A stretch of 63,285 bases of DNA, filler included, from Octopus bimaculoides (GCF_001194135.2; 5 parts of 3 records of this genome joined end to end with filler, not necessarily neighbours in it); one strand, 5' to 3'. Shown: positions 40,401 to 54,085, numbered from the whole stretch's first letter. The notes: generated by a model not told the origin, from the letters alone. A program made the numbers and translations.

Positions 40401-40601
40401 TTGATTCTGTTATCTACATTCCAAAGATGAAGCTTTGTAGTTTTTTTAGAAACCAGCTCCTTCTTCAGAGGAAGAATTTAAATGATTAAAAACAGAAGAG
40501 AAACTTACATACATACATACATACATATATATATATATACATACATACATAAATACATACATACATATATACATACAAAATTACGTACATACGTACATAT
40601 A

Positions 40602-41367
40602 CGGGGGTGTTCGGGGTAAATTTGACAATTTGCATAGAAGGAAAAGAGAACATAATATCCCAAACCAGAATAAAAGTGTTATAAAAAATCAAAAACTATC
40701 ACGTAGTTTACTCAAAGTAACCGCCCTCAGCTTCCACTAAACCTTCAAGACGGCTCCGAGAACCGGCACATACGTTCCTTACTGTGTCCCTGGGAAGATC
40801 TTCGAATGGCTCCTTGATCTTAGCTCGGTCTTGATGTTGCAGGTGGAGTAGTTGGTATCTTTCTCAATCACGCCCCACCCATAGTAATCCATGGGATTAC
40901 AATCGAGGGAATTAGGAGGCCAGAAATTGGGGTTGGTTAAGACTAGAAATTCTCCAATTACTTCTGCCTCTTTCTCGAGGTATGGCAAGGAGCCAAATCC
41001 TGCTTCCAAACATATGGCCTTCCAGCACCAACCCTCTCCAGCTACGATTTCACCATCGTCTCCAACAACATCTCGTAGCCATCGGAAACGAGCCTAAAGC
41101 TTTGTTCAAAAAGGTGGGCGGCATCACATCATCCTCACTAGTGACATACTTGAATACTGTCAAAGTTTGGGAGAACTTGGTTTTCATGAAGCCCATGACA
41201 CGTCTTACAGCTCTTACATTGTTCACAGGGTGCTGAACAGCAGTCATGATGTCGGGATTTTGATACCCGGTAGCTTTAATAAATGCCGTTGACTGTTTAC
41301 CGATACATTAAGCTGTTCTTGAAAAAAGAAGACATAACTGATCGTCAAATTTAACCCGAACACTCTG
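40602..41367 (-). mobile_element. Internally deleted Tc1/mariner-superfamily (maT/DD37D-like) element with both TIRs
   Basis: TIRs cgggggtgttcggggtaaatttgac and gtcaaatttaacccgaacactctg. Peptides MKTKFSQTLTVFKYVTSEDDVMPP and NFWPPNSLDCNPMDYYGWGVIEKDTN. Confidence 0.88.
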
Positions 41368-41714
41368 GAAATTATATTGTATGGTTTCGCGTGCCTTACC
41401 AAGTTATGCTGTACTTCATTTTATCCTCCTTCAATCGCCATACAAAATCTACCAAAGATGCTGAATGTCTCTTATTGATTTTCTTAAAGCTGGCGACAGA
41501 CATGGTTAGGATAACGATTCTTAAATGAATCAGCCGTCAGCCCAATGTAAACATACGGTCCTCCCCTTGTGTGCACGGTACATTTTTATACAGGATTTGT
41601 ACTCATACAGAGATTTATCAAAGGACATTTTGATTTTTTATCTGCATGAGCATTTATCGTATTTATTTTATTTAAGGTAGCCCTGACTCCATTTATCGAC
41701 GATGTTACCGTATT

Positions 41715-41920
41715 AGTTGTGTGTATCTGTTTGCTTCTGTTTATTACCACCTGACTATCAATGTTGGTTTCTTTACGTCTCTGTAACTTAGCAGTTCAAC
41801 AAAAAAAGAGGCCTATAAAATAAATACAGATGCTGAAGCAACTTGACTAAGTAAAAAGAAATCTTGCAAGTCAATACCCCAGCATGGTCACAAATTAATA
41901 ACTGAAACAAGTAAAGGAAA
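41715..41920 (+). mobile_element. Diverged SINE family B 3' half
   Basis: tttacgtctctgtaacttagcagttc..ccagcatggtcaca..actgaaacaagtaaagg. Confidence 0.6.
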
Positions 41921-41927
41921 TATAAGA

Positions 41928-41961
<34 letters not shown>

Positions 41962-42496
41962 CACATACACACACACAAGGACACGAATACAAATACACAT
42001 ATGCACATACACAAACACAAACTTGCAATTACACAAGCACACGTCACACACACAGACACACACACAAAGGCATATATTCCCATACACAAACGTACGCAAA
42101 CGCGCGCACACATGATCACACCAACACATAATTTATTTATAGATTTTCTTTAGAAAATACTACAAGAAAAAAAATCTTAAAAAGTCCATGGGAGGTAAGA
42201 AACATCCATTTTTAATTCCAGCGTCTGTGATAACTGTTGCCATGGTGACCAACAAATTCCATAATTGCTTCTGTTGGATTAACTCTGGATAGCAAGAGAG
42301 AGGAATGAGGACCCTGGCAAAGTAACTGTCGGATCTCATTTTAATCTTAGCAGCAACATTAACTCGGCCAGATTAATCTTTTAACCTTTGGGATACAGAA
42401 GTTAGCCGAAGAATTCATAAGGAATATTGCTGACTTCTTTTTTTTGTTTGTTTTTGCTTCGATGCATCATATGGTCGTGCATTTTCGCGCGCATGT

Positions 42497-42533
<37 letters not shown>

Positions 42534-44373
42534 TGTGAGATAGAAAGAGGGAGACCCTTGTGCTTTTGATGCCCAGGAGGCGTTGCAGATGTTTGTGTAA
42601 GTACGCGAGTGTGTGTCTGAGTGAGATAGAGGGGGGAAAGGGAAGAAAGTATTTAAAGATTAGCGGTTCATTTGTGTCTTTGCACACACACACGCACACA
42701 TATAATGATTAAGTAAACTGCTTATGAATTAGTTTGGAGTAAACTTTACAAAAAGAAAACTGTTGTTAAAATCTACACTGTCTAGAAAATTCTTATAAAT
42801 TTTGGTTTTAACAGAGTTAGAAAAATGTGATTTTGATGCATCTTTAATTATTAAAAATTTCAAGTACGCGATTCAGTCATAAAACTAATTTTTATTCACT
42901 GCAACATAACGTCTTTTAATATTTCTGTTTACGCTTTTTAGGGAAATAAAAAGGTTGCCCACATATTTGTATCACTACTTTCTACAAATATATCAATAAA
43001 AACATTCCTACATCTATAAGTTTAATCCAGCGTCAACTAAATTGCGTTGATTCCAGTATCCTTTCATATTTGTTGGGTGTTTTTGAAGAATTAGAAAGCT
43101 GAATAAGAAAATTGGTTAAAATTTACTTACATCACTTGTCTCCTTTACTTTCAACTAAAGTATTTGATCGCTGTGCACAATGCTTAAAGAATTGATCATA
43201 AGAACTATATCATGAAATCTGATAATTAATTCGTTTGCTCCTCTTTTCATATCGTGAACGGAAAAAAGATTTCACTTCCTATATCTGTACATATGTAATT
43301 GTGTGTTTACATAGGTTGTTGATACTACATGTACAACGGAAAATATTGCCATAACAAATTATATGCAATCACGACGTCGAACTTACAGTAAGTTTTTCAG
43401 CATAATTTTTTTTAGTACATACCAAGCATGCAGTTCAGTTAACTTTCATGCAAAGGTACAAAATCTTCTGATGTACATATACGATAAATTAAGACTTTTA
43501 CGAGGTTAAGTCAACTGGTTTCTTCATAAATTCTAACGCTGTCTTTTGAGTACTTGGCATAATTCTAAATTTATTTACTGAGCGAGTGCTATTAGACGAA
43601 TAAAGGATACAAAAGAAATTTAGACGTAACATATCAGAAATAATTGCTAAAAAATTGGAAATCAAATGTCTAAATATTTAGCGACGAGCAGAAAACTACC
43701 CAGAGGGCAATCTTTNNNNNNNNNNATATACACGTATATACGTATATCTATGTATATTTCTATGCATGTATGTGTGTATGTGAAACAATACGCTACATAC
43801 TTTAAAAGAGTAGATGTCTGGCGTAACTTTTCGTGGCGCGCTGTGGGCACAACTCTGGAGAATAATTTGTGCACAGACGCAAACTTTCCACACAGGCCAT
43901 CTGCTTATCACTCATCTGCAATTATTTCTCATTGCATTTATCATTACATTACATGTTCCCATAATATATTTTTCAATCTCTGTTCAATTTCAGTGGAGTT
44001 TCAGATCAGAACGCCCACAAAAGTTGGATTTTTCTCAATTTAGACAAGGATTTTTCTAATTCTTTTTCACCACAGCTTTCGAAATGAGAGGGAAAGCTTT
44101 CTATGGAATTTTTTTTAATATTTATTATTTTTTCCCTCCCTACCCGCCGGATGATCTTGGCCAATTCTTTTTTTCTTTTCCTCTACACACTTATATAGTA
44201 TGGAAGTATGGTACCTTCCTCGTTTCTTAGTCACTATGACATGTATTGATGTTTTTCAATATTTTTTCGCGGAAATAACACATGTTTTGTTTAGCCCAAG
44301 AGTGGTCCGTTGTTGGGATTTAAGCAACAAAATAAATTTGTATTTTAAATTTTTAACCCCCTTTTGGCACCAA

Positions 44374-44421
<48 letters not shown>

Positions 44422-45726
44422 NNNNNNNNNNNNNNNNNNNNNNNNNNNNNNNNNNNNNNNNNNNNNNNNNNNNNNNNNNNNNNNNNNNNNNNNNNNNNNN
44501 NNNNNNNNNNNNNNNNNNNNNNNNNNNNNNNNNNNNNNNNNNNNNNNNNNNNNNNNNNNNNNNNNNNNNNNNNNNNNNNNNNNNNNNNNNNNNNNNNNNN
44601 NNNNNNNNNNNNNNNNNNNNNNNNNNNNNNNNNNNNNNNNNNNNNNNNNNNNNNNNNNNNNNNNNNNNNNNNNNNNNNNNNNNNNNNNNNNNNNNNNNNN
44701 NNNNNNNNNNNNNNNNNNNNNNNNNNNNNNNNNNNNNNNNNNNNNNNNNNNNNNNNNNNNNNNNNNNNNNNNNNNNNNNNNNNNNNNNNNNNNNNNNNNN
44801 NNNNNNNNNNNNNNNNNNNNNNNNNNNNNNNNNNNNNNNNNNNNNNNNNNNNNNNNNNNNNNNNNNNNNNNNNNNNNNNNNNNNNNNNNNNNNNNNNNNN
44901 NNNNNNNNNNNNNNNNNNNNNNNNNNNNNNNNNNNNNNNNNNNNNNNNNNNNNNNNNNNNNNNNNNNNNNNNNNNNNNNNNNNNNNNNNNNNNNNNNNNN
45001 NNNNNNNNNNNNNNNNNNNNNNNNNNNNNNNNNNNNNNNNNNNNNNNNNNNNNNNNNNNNNNNNNNNNNNNNNNNNNNNNNNNNNNNNNNNNGTCCTGAT
45101 CTGAAACTCCACCTCAACTTCATTATAGTTTTCAGTTTCACATTTTTAACATTTGTCATCATATTTTCCACATGCTTTTTAAGAGTAAGAAACAAAACAT
45201 CACTTATTTTAATTAAATATTTCTCACCACTTCACTTTGATAGAAAATTCAAGTTGCAATAAGCCTTTTATATCATTTACTATACCGTTGATATGTGTAG
45301 CAATATTAGTCTGTGATTCCTTAGCGTGAGAGTATTTTTTTTGGATGCTATTTCTAACAGGTTCAGCAGCCTGTATGTATGTACATATGCATATGCATTC
45401 ATGTACATATAAAGGGATTACTTACAAGTCAAGAGAAATTATTTAATCAGTGAGCTAGAAAAGGGTAATATTAGTCAGTATGTTTGCAAAGAAACTCAGT
45501 AATTCTTGTCAATTAGTTTTTTTTTTAAATAAAGCAATAATCCGTTTTGCCCTTTTCTCTCAGAAATTAAAGCTTATAGGATTTACGATTGCATTTTTTT
45601 CTTTGCCCATGTGCATAATTCATTGCCTGAAATGTATATATTTTTATATCCGTTGAAATCATTGTTTCACTTTCTGAAATTAAAAATTTCATTCTTTCAC
45701 TCAATTTATTATTATTATTATTATTG

Positions 45727-46040
45727 TTCAATAGTTTTATTTTTATAACGTGCTTTCACTTCACTACCGAGCGCAGCTCTGTGCGCCATGGGTATGTGCT
45801 GTGGTTTGCTGTGGTGCTCTTATGTTTACTGTATTGAAAGTGTTTTGCGTAGAATGTGTGCAGTACCCAGTAGTGCAATTTTCTGTATGTTATATATATT
45901 TGTTAGTCCTGGTATTTTTGTTATGTATTTGTCTGAATATTTTTTTATTATACCTAAGGCACCTACTATGATAGGAATTGTTTCTGTTTTTAGATTCTAC
46001 ATTCGAGTTATCTCTATTTCCAGGTCTTTGTATTTTGAAA
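45727..46040 (-). mobile_element. R4/Dong-like LINE 3' end flanked on both sides by (TAA)n
   Basis: Minus frame FKIQRPGNR.. region encodes KYKDLEIEITRM*NLKTETIPIIVGALGIIKK..IQKIALLGTAHILRKTLSIQ; nearly identical to 61193-61524. Confidence 0.88.
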
Positions 46041-46169
<129 letters not shown>

Positions 46170-46174
46170 GCGGA

Positions 46175-46612
46175 ATAAAGGCAGTGATTTGGCAGAAATA
46201 TTAGCATGCTGAGCAATGTGTATTGCAGCATTTCATCCATCTTAACGTTCTGAGTTCAAATACTGCTGAGGTCAACTTTGCCTTTCATTCTGTTGGGGGT
46301 CAATAAATTAAGTAGCAGTAGAACACTGGGGTTGATGCAAGCGACTGGTCCCTTCCTCCCAAAATTTCAGGCCTTGTGTCTTTAGTAGAAAGAATTATTA
46401 TATGCAAGATAAAGGCAGTGAGCTGGCTGAAATGTTAGCACACTGGGCTATGTGCTTAGCACCATTTCGTCTGTCTTTACATTCTGGTTAAGGTTAACTT
46501 TGCCTCTCATCCTTCTGGGGTTGATAAAATAAGTACAAGTTGAGTACTGGAATCAATATAATCGACTTTCCCCTTCCCTCGAAATTGCTGGCCTAGTGCC
46601 AAAATGTGAATA
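46175..46612 (+). mobile_element. Two tandem SINE family A copies with heavy CpG decay
   Basis: aaggcagtgatttggcagaaat..ctgaggtcaactttgcc..; the second copy starts at about 46410. Consensus CG sites read TG/CA. Confidence 0.85.
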
Positions 46613-47677
46613 CTTACATATGCGTAGTTATATACAAAACTTGCTAGGAACCTCAGCCAAACATGTTAGGCGTCACAGAAAAATCTAATTTTACAATATA
46701 CTATAAAAAATCTTTTTTTACATATGCTCGCATTATCAGCCAGAATGCATATATTTTTTACATTTATTGAAGTTATTTTTTTTCAATTTATGAAATTTAA
46801 AATTGTTATTCTTTCAGTTTACATTTCTTCATGCAAAATATATCTGGGAAAGGAAGTATAATATTATTATAAACTTGAAATAAATAGAAAATGTATTTCA
46901 GTCGAATAAGTATTCGACTTAAATATTTCTTTTAAATTAAAAAAATATTGTTTTGACAGTTAGTGGACAGTAACTTCAATAATTCTTCTTTATAGAAATA
47001 AAAAAAAATTCAGCTGACAAAAAACATGTAGCTAACAACTTATGCACAACAGATCAGAATAAACAAATTAGTCAGAAAAAAAAACTCATACTTTGTATAT
47101 GAAGTAGAAGAAACAAAGACTGAAATCATTATATTCCAGGGATATAACATTGTGATTTCACGTACCTCATTTCCTCAATTTTAATAAAAATATCATTGCA
47201 GAGCAAAACAATTTTCAAAAATTGTTTTACAATGAAAAGCTATTACTATTGATGTCATCAATGAAGTACTACCAAAAGTATTTTCAGGAGATGGAAAGGT
47301 TCTGTTAAGCCATCATCAATGTTCACATCTAGATTATCACTCAGAATTTACCAGAAAGTACTTAAATACACGAACTGTTTCAGATTTGCCATCACAATAT
47401 TAAAATCAAAGATTAATGCTTTAATTATCCTCTTACATACATTTGACCCAACTTGTGGAAAATGTAATGGCATACAGTTATTCAAGACATTCAAGGAAAA
47501 AGCATTAAGGCAAAAATGATTACTTTATTCCAGGAGTCACTCTTTATTCAATCAGTGAAGTGCTTCCATTTACATTAATTAGACAACAATTTTCAATTAA
47601 ATAAGCAATAACAACAGCAATTAATAAATGATAAGGACAAACATTTGAGAAGATTGCAATATATTTTTTTTTATATA

Positions 47678-48280
47678 GTTTCAGCTGAGAGCTGCAGCCA
47701 TGCTGATGCACCGCCGTTTTGCTACACTTTTATTACTGAGATCTTCCTTCAATATGTGGCACTGGTGAAGAATGTAGTTTGACCTCTTGCCGTGAGGTAG
47801 GTTCATCTGGGACTCTCGACAAGATAAGGTCCAGCTTTGATTTTAAAACCCCTACATCTACTTTGTGCAGGTTCCTCAGGCTCTTTGGGAGACTATTAAA
47901 AAGCTGTGGGCCCCTGAAACCCAAACTGTTGCTGTAATTGGTCCTGAAGCGCGATGGCATTGCTGGGATCTTTGGCACTATGCAGTGTCGTCTCGTTCTG
48001 GCATTGGTGTAGCTTTCAATGCCAAAATTTGGCACAATTCTTTACAGGATCTTCTAGATGTATATCACTGCATACCTCTCTCGCCTTCTCTCCAGGGAAT
48101 AGAGTCTTAGCTGTTTCAGCCTTTCCCAGTAGCTGTGCAGTTGCAAAGCGACAATCTTCTTTGTGAATCTTCTCTTGATTGCTTCAAGGTCTGCTGTTAA
48201 TTTCACACTGGTGGGTGATCATAGCTGTGAGCAGTAATCCAGGCGGCTGAGGACGAATGTCCTCCAGAGGACCATCATGG
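47678..48280 (-). mobile_element. CR1-like LINE 3' end (RT C-terminus plus 3' UTR)
   Basis: MMVLWRTFVLSRLDYCSQL*SP..LEAIKRRFTKKI..YWERLKQLRLYSLERRRERY..GPQLFNSLPKSLRNL..KSKLDLILSRVPDEP. Confidence 0.9.
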
Positions 48281-48380
48281 NNNNNNNNNNNNNNNNNNNN
48301 NNNNNNNNNNNNNNNNNNNNNNNNTTAATTAATTAANNNNNNNNNNNNNNNNNNNNNNNNNNNNNNNNNNNNNNNNNNNN

Positions 48381-48447
<67 letters not shown>

Positions 48448-48517
48448 TATGCATGTATATATACACATTTATATACATATATGCAGGAACATATATACAA
48501 ATATGCATACACACACG

Positions 48518-48548
<31 letters not shown>

Positions 48549-50314
48549 CATATATACATACATAAAAATAGATATGTGTATGTATATATGCATGTATATA
48601 TGTATATATATGTATTTATGCATGTATGCATGTATGTATGTAGGTATGTATATATGTATGTATACATGTACGTACGTATGTTTTTATGTCAGATATGTAT
48701 TCACTAAATTCTATAAATTTAAATACATCTGTCATTCACGTATCCTTCACTTTCTTTTGTCTGAATCGCACGTGGACGCATATAATTGAGTCAAAAGAAG
48801 GAATATTAAAGTAACTTAAGCCATGTGCACATATACTTCACATACACACATACACACACTCACACACACATATATTTATATACAATAAGAGAGAGAGGTA
48901 TATATTTCGAGAAAGAGGGAGAGAAAGAGAAAAATTCACATAATGACTTCTGTACTTGCAAGAAAGCTTCCATCCAAATCTTTGTGTCTGCAAACCACAG
49001 ACGAGAATGATAGGCTTTAATAATTAAAAAAAAGTTATTTTAGGCCACATAAGTACTCAGCTATTCCTTTTGAATATATACATATGTGTGTGTGTGTGTG
49101 TGTGTGTGTATGTATACATATGCATATACACACATATATATATATATATATATATACACATGTATACATACATATATATGTATGTGTATATATATATATA
49201 TATATATNNNNNNNNNNNNNNNNNNNNNNNNNNNNNNNNNNNNNNNNNNNNNNNNNNNNNNNNNNNNNNNNNNNNNNNNNNNNNNNNNNNNNNNNNNNNN
49301 NNNNNNNNNNNNNNNNNNNNNNNNNNNNNNNNNNNNNNNNNNNNNNNNNNNNNNNNNNNNNNNNNNNNNNNNNNNNNNNNNNNNNNNNNNNNNNNNNNNN
49401 NNNNNNNNNNNNNNNNNNNNNNNNNNNNNNNNNNNNNNNNNNNNNNNNNNNNNNNNNNNNNNNNNNNNNNNNNNNNNNNNNNNNNNNNNNNNNNNNNNNN
49501 NNNNNNNNNNNNNNNNNNNNNNNNNNNNNNNNNNNNNNNNNNNNNNNNNNNNNNNNNNNNNNNNNNNNNNNNNNNNNNNNNNNNNNNNNNNNNNNNNNNN
49601 NNNNNNNNNNNNNNNNNNNNNNNNNNNNNNNNNNNNNNNNNNNNNNNNNNNNNNNNNNNNNNNNNNNNNNNNNNNNNNNNNNNNNNNNNNNNNNNNNNNN
49701 NNNNNNNNNNNNNNNNNNNNNNNNNNNNNNNNNNNNNNNNNNNNNNNNNNNNNNNNNNNNNNNNNNNNNNNNNNNNNNNNNNNNNNNNNNNNNNNNTATA
49801 TATATATATATATATATATCAGAGTATACTCAAAACTCAATCAATGGAACCCGTGACTCAATGTGATAATTAAAAATACCATCAGCTGTTATTATACATA
49901 TATAAAGTAGAATTATCTGAGGCATTGCCTCAAAGGGGACTTACTAAATACCAGGTAACTTATTAGTACACTAATATAATCCAGATCTGGTTAACCACAT
50001 CGAGTGGTTCATACAGAGAACCTACGGAGGATTGCGAAAAGAAGCTAACTAAACCCAAACTACACATATGTCAAATAACTGTACCGTGTAAAGAATCCAA
50101 AAAGACACCTAATGCAATCTAGCGAAACTGATTATGTCCATATATTGATACGTAATACTATAGAGGGACTACACAATACTTCTGTAGTAAGTATAGGATT
50201 AATATTGATAAGCATTATTCTAACTACAAGAGCAAATTAGTACGTCTACTTTGAAGCAATGCCTCAGAAAATACTACTCTAGATGTGTATAATAACAGCT
50301 GAAGGTATTTTTAA

Positions 50315-50700
50315 TTATCAAATTGGGTCATGCGTTCTAGCTTTAAATAAATTACGCAACCAGCATTCCTCCTTCAAAATATAGGGATAAAATGTATTAT
50401 ACAAGTTTGAGTGTGCTTATCTAGATTTTGAATTATAAGGACACTAAATATGACATTAAATGGGCAACTATTAGTAGCGTATCACCGTACAGTATTGAGA
50501 ATTCGAAATGAAATATATTCTTGGAAGAAATATTCCATATCTTTACCTCTAATAGTAGAGGTTATTATATCTCGGTAATTAATTTAGAAAAGTATTTAAG
50601 TATTTTCCGAATAAAGATTTTTTAATTACAAATCACGTAGATAGAAGTGCACAATTGTTACCCTCGTCACAAAATCGCAAATTTATCTCAGATTTTAAAA
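50315..50700 (+). mobile_element. Decayed Penelope-like element, GIY-YIG endonuclease C-terminal region
   Basis: IGSCVLALNKLRNQHSSFK and YDIKWATISSVSPYSIENSK*NIFLEEIFHI resemble the PLE YIG..FK.R..NH..SF and I.W.I...Y....C.LCL.EK motifs. Confidence 0.55.
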
Positions 50701-51162
50701 GAAACTCACGATAAACCTCATGATTATAGGTGGGTTTTTTTGTGAATTGAAACGTAATTTCATTAGAATTTCAACTTTCTTCATCTCAGTATTAGACTTC
50801 TAATATGCAACAAAGTATAAAACATTTTTTTATTGCTAGGTGCTGGTCTGTTATCGAAACTGAAATAGTTATTTCCTCTTCTTTTGAATGCTTTTAGCTC
50901 TGTCCTTTTATCTCATATTGTATTATAGTATCTTCATTATGGGTGATCAGTGTTATGAATGCATTCTGGCGTTCTTAAGTTTCTTTCTATTACAGAGTGC
51001 AATAAAATAGTTTGTTCCCTCCATGTCTCAAAAAGTCATTCGTTATAAATTTTAGTGATACCAGAACTATAGTGATACCGTATTTCAACGCAATCTTAAA
51101 TACACCAACATCGTTTGTCAAGCGTTGTTGGGACAAACACAGACACAAAGACTCACATACAC

Positions 51163-51226
<64 letters not shown>

Positions 51227-52499
51227 NNNNNNNNNNNNNNNNNNNNNNNNNNNNNNNNNNNNNNNNNNNNNNNNNNNNNNNNNNNNNNNNNNNNNNNNNN
51301 NNNNNNNNNNNNNNNNNNNNNNNNNNNNNNNNNNNNNNNNNNNNNNNNNNNNNNNNNNNNNNNNNNNNNNNNNNNNNNNNNNNNNNNNNNNNNNNNNNNN
51401 NNNNNNNNNNNNNNNNNNNNNNNNNNNNNNNNNNNNNNNNNNNNNNNNNNNNNNNNNNNNNNNNNNNNNNNNNNNNNNNNNNNNNNNNNNNNNNNNNNNN
51501 NNNNNNNNNNNNNNNNNNNNNATATATATATTTGTATGCCTGTATTTGTCGCCCACCATCGCTTGACAACATACATATATATATGAATAAATATATATAT
51601 ATATATATATATACATATACACTTTATTAATAAAGCTGCAAAAACATCACAAAAACTGTTACTCAGAGTCTCACGTTCCTGTTTTAAGTCAGTTTGGGTT
51701 CAGAATGGAACAAAAACAAGCTATTTATATTTATAAATACACTATTATGTTCATAGATACACATTTGAAAGTGGTTTTGTTTCATTGGTCCTTTTCAACT
51801 AACCGGTTGTATGAAATAAAATAAAAAACTTACGATTAAAAATCATGTTATTTAAAATTGAAGAAAACCTTAAATCAGAAATTAGCTTTAGTAGAAGGAA
51901 AAATCCTGTAACTCAGAATAAATTAATTAATGGTAAAATGATAAATTTAAATTAAAAGATATGTCCGCTTAAACTAATAACATTTACAAGGAACAGCATT
52001 ATAAAAATACATATAAATTTAGTAATGCATACACACACCAAAAAAGCTATATATACATATATACACTAAACATACAAACGGTAGTACATGCCTACATACA
52101 TATACCAACTAATACAAGCTAAACATATGTATATAGTAATGCATACATAGATATCCACGTACATATATATGCACACATAAAACTTCTCCGTGTGTATTTC
52201 TAAATATACAACTTGTTACAAGCGAGAGAAAACAAATAAGAGAATAATAAGTAGTAAGAGGAAGAAAAAGAAGCAACAGGAAGCGGTAGAAGAAAGAAAA
52301 AACAAAGAGAAAGAGAACATTAGAAACAGTAAAATAGATAGCGATAAAGAAAGAGAGAGAGAGAGTGATAAATGATTTGGAAAATAGCGTTCCATAAAAG
52401 TATCTAACAAATGTTAGATTCTTCAGTAAGCTTGCCAACGCACGCATATAAAAAGACAGGCATATCTACATAAATGCATGCATACATGCAATAGTAACA

Positions 52500-53820
52500 C
52501 ACTTGTAGACATGGATATGAAGGAAGAGAGGAAGTGGGTAGGAGTGAAAAGAGGAAGTAGATGTCAGATGAAGAGAGGAAGTGGATGTCAGAGGAAGGGA
52601 GGAGGGGAGTCAGATGAAGGGTGGAAGGAAGCATCAGATAAAGAAAGGAGGGGAGTTGAGGTCATGTGAGAAGATTAATTCCTGTTCACGGTATGGGTAG
52701 GAGTCCAGATGGCCCCTGTGGAAAGGCAACTCGAACACAGACAAATGTTGTGGTGAATGACCGGTAGAGCGGGAATGACGCGAGACTGGGGTGTCGTGGC
52801 CGAGTCGGATGTCTCGGAGGTTCTCCGCGAACCGGTCAGCCAAGCGGTGTCCCGTTTGACCGATGTAAAAGGAAGAGTAGAAAGATCAGGAGATGCAGTT
52901 AATGCCGTTACTGGAAGTGCAGGTAAAGGATTCGGTGATGTGTTAGGGATGATGATGGGTATCTGTGAAGAGGGTGGTATTGGAGAGGTAGGGGCAAGTA
53001 CAGGAGCGTGGGTGGGAGCAGGGGAAGGAGCCAGGCGGGTAGGTGGGGTTGGGGAAGAAACTGTAGACCAGAAGGTCTACAGAAGGTTTTGGGCTCGTTT
53101 AAAGGAGGGAAGTGGTAGGTTGGGGGAGATGTACAAGGTGGAGTTGTCCGACTAGGAATGCCGTAAGGTTCGGAGAATGGTGCGTTGCGGGGGTAGGGTG
53201 GAGGAGCTGGTAAGCGAGACGAAACAGATGACGGGTAACGGCGGGGTGGGTGCGGAGAGAAAGAGCAGAGGCACTGTCGACAGAACGTGCTCTGGCAAGA
53301 GCAGTGTGGTTAGTGGTGAGGGGATATCCCCGAGGGATGAAGTGGCGACCCATTACTTGAGACCGAGTCTTAAAGTCATAGTTGTCATTGCAGAGCCTGC
53401 GCAGAAGGAGGAATCGAGAGTAGAGGATGCAGAGCTTGGTGTGGATAGTCCGGGAAGAGAAAATTTATGGTAGGAGTGTATGTCGGTGTGTTTGTAGTGG
53501 ATGTAGGTAATGGGAGCGGAGTGGTGTATACTCATAGAAATGTCAAGTAATGCGACGGAGAAGTTAGAATAGTGCATTAGAAATAGAATTTGAGGGCAGG
53601 ATGGAAGGATTGGGAAAAAGAGAGGAAGACGTCTAACGGGAGAGTGCGGTTGCACCGATACAGTTATCGGTATAACGACCGTATAGTTTGGGAGTGGGAC
53701 CAGTGATTTGTGAGAATATTTGGGCCTCGAGGTATCCATAGTTGGGGCGCATTCTCGTTCCAATGGCCACTTCCGAGAAATTGATAAAAATCTTCTGCGA
53801 ATGAGAAGCGGTTGAGGGAG
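52500..53820 (-). mobile_element. 5'-truncated Penelope-like retroelement (RT motifs plus GIY-YIG)
   Basis: LNRFSF..EVAIGTRMRPNYGYLEAQIFSQITGPTPKLYGRYTDNCIG (GxAMG/RYxDD region) and ADRFAENLRDIRLGHDTPVSRH..REQELIFSH (PLE endonuclease tail). Confidence 0.9.
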
Positions 53821-53850
53821 GGAACAATTTCGCCCAGACGAAAAAAATGT

Positions 53851-54085
53851 GGAATGGAGCAGATAAGATCCGGGTTACATGTCTTTCATGGCGAGCGGAA
53901 ACTAGGAAGTGGTAATTACCCATTCGATGTGTGTACCGCTGTCTACTCCCCAGGCCAAGGGATCTTGATTCATACCCCTAACCTGACGAGTATCCTGCGG
54001 TATACATCTCGCTAGGATATTTACCACTTCCGAGTTTCTGCTCGCTATGAAACATATGTAGCCCGGATCTTATCTACTTCATTCC
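53851..54085. repeat. Inverted repeat (65-bp arms, 105-bp spacer) next to the Penelope 5' end
   Basis: 53851-53915 is the reverse complement of 54021-54085 at about 85% identity. Confidence 0.85.

Noticed and set aside
40425-40472. Minus-strand CTGAAGA-agga..ttct-aaaa after the REL LINE stop
   Set aside because: The core G is missing and no NUH/stem I pairing was found.
45340-45378. Apparent 12-nt microexon (tttctaacag|GTTCAGCAGCCT|gtatgt)
   Set aside because: It matches a short interspersed-repeat motif also seen at about 4928-4960 (gctgctag..taacaggttgggcaacc).
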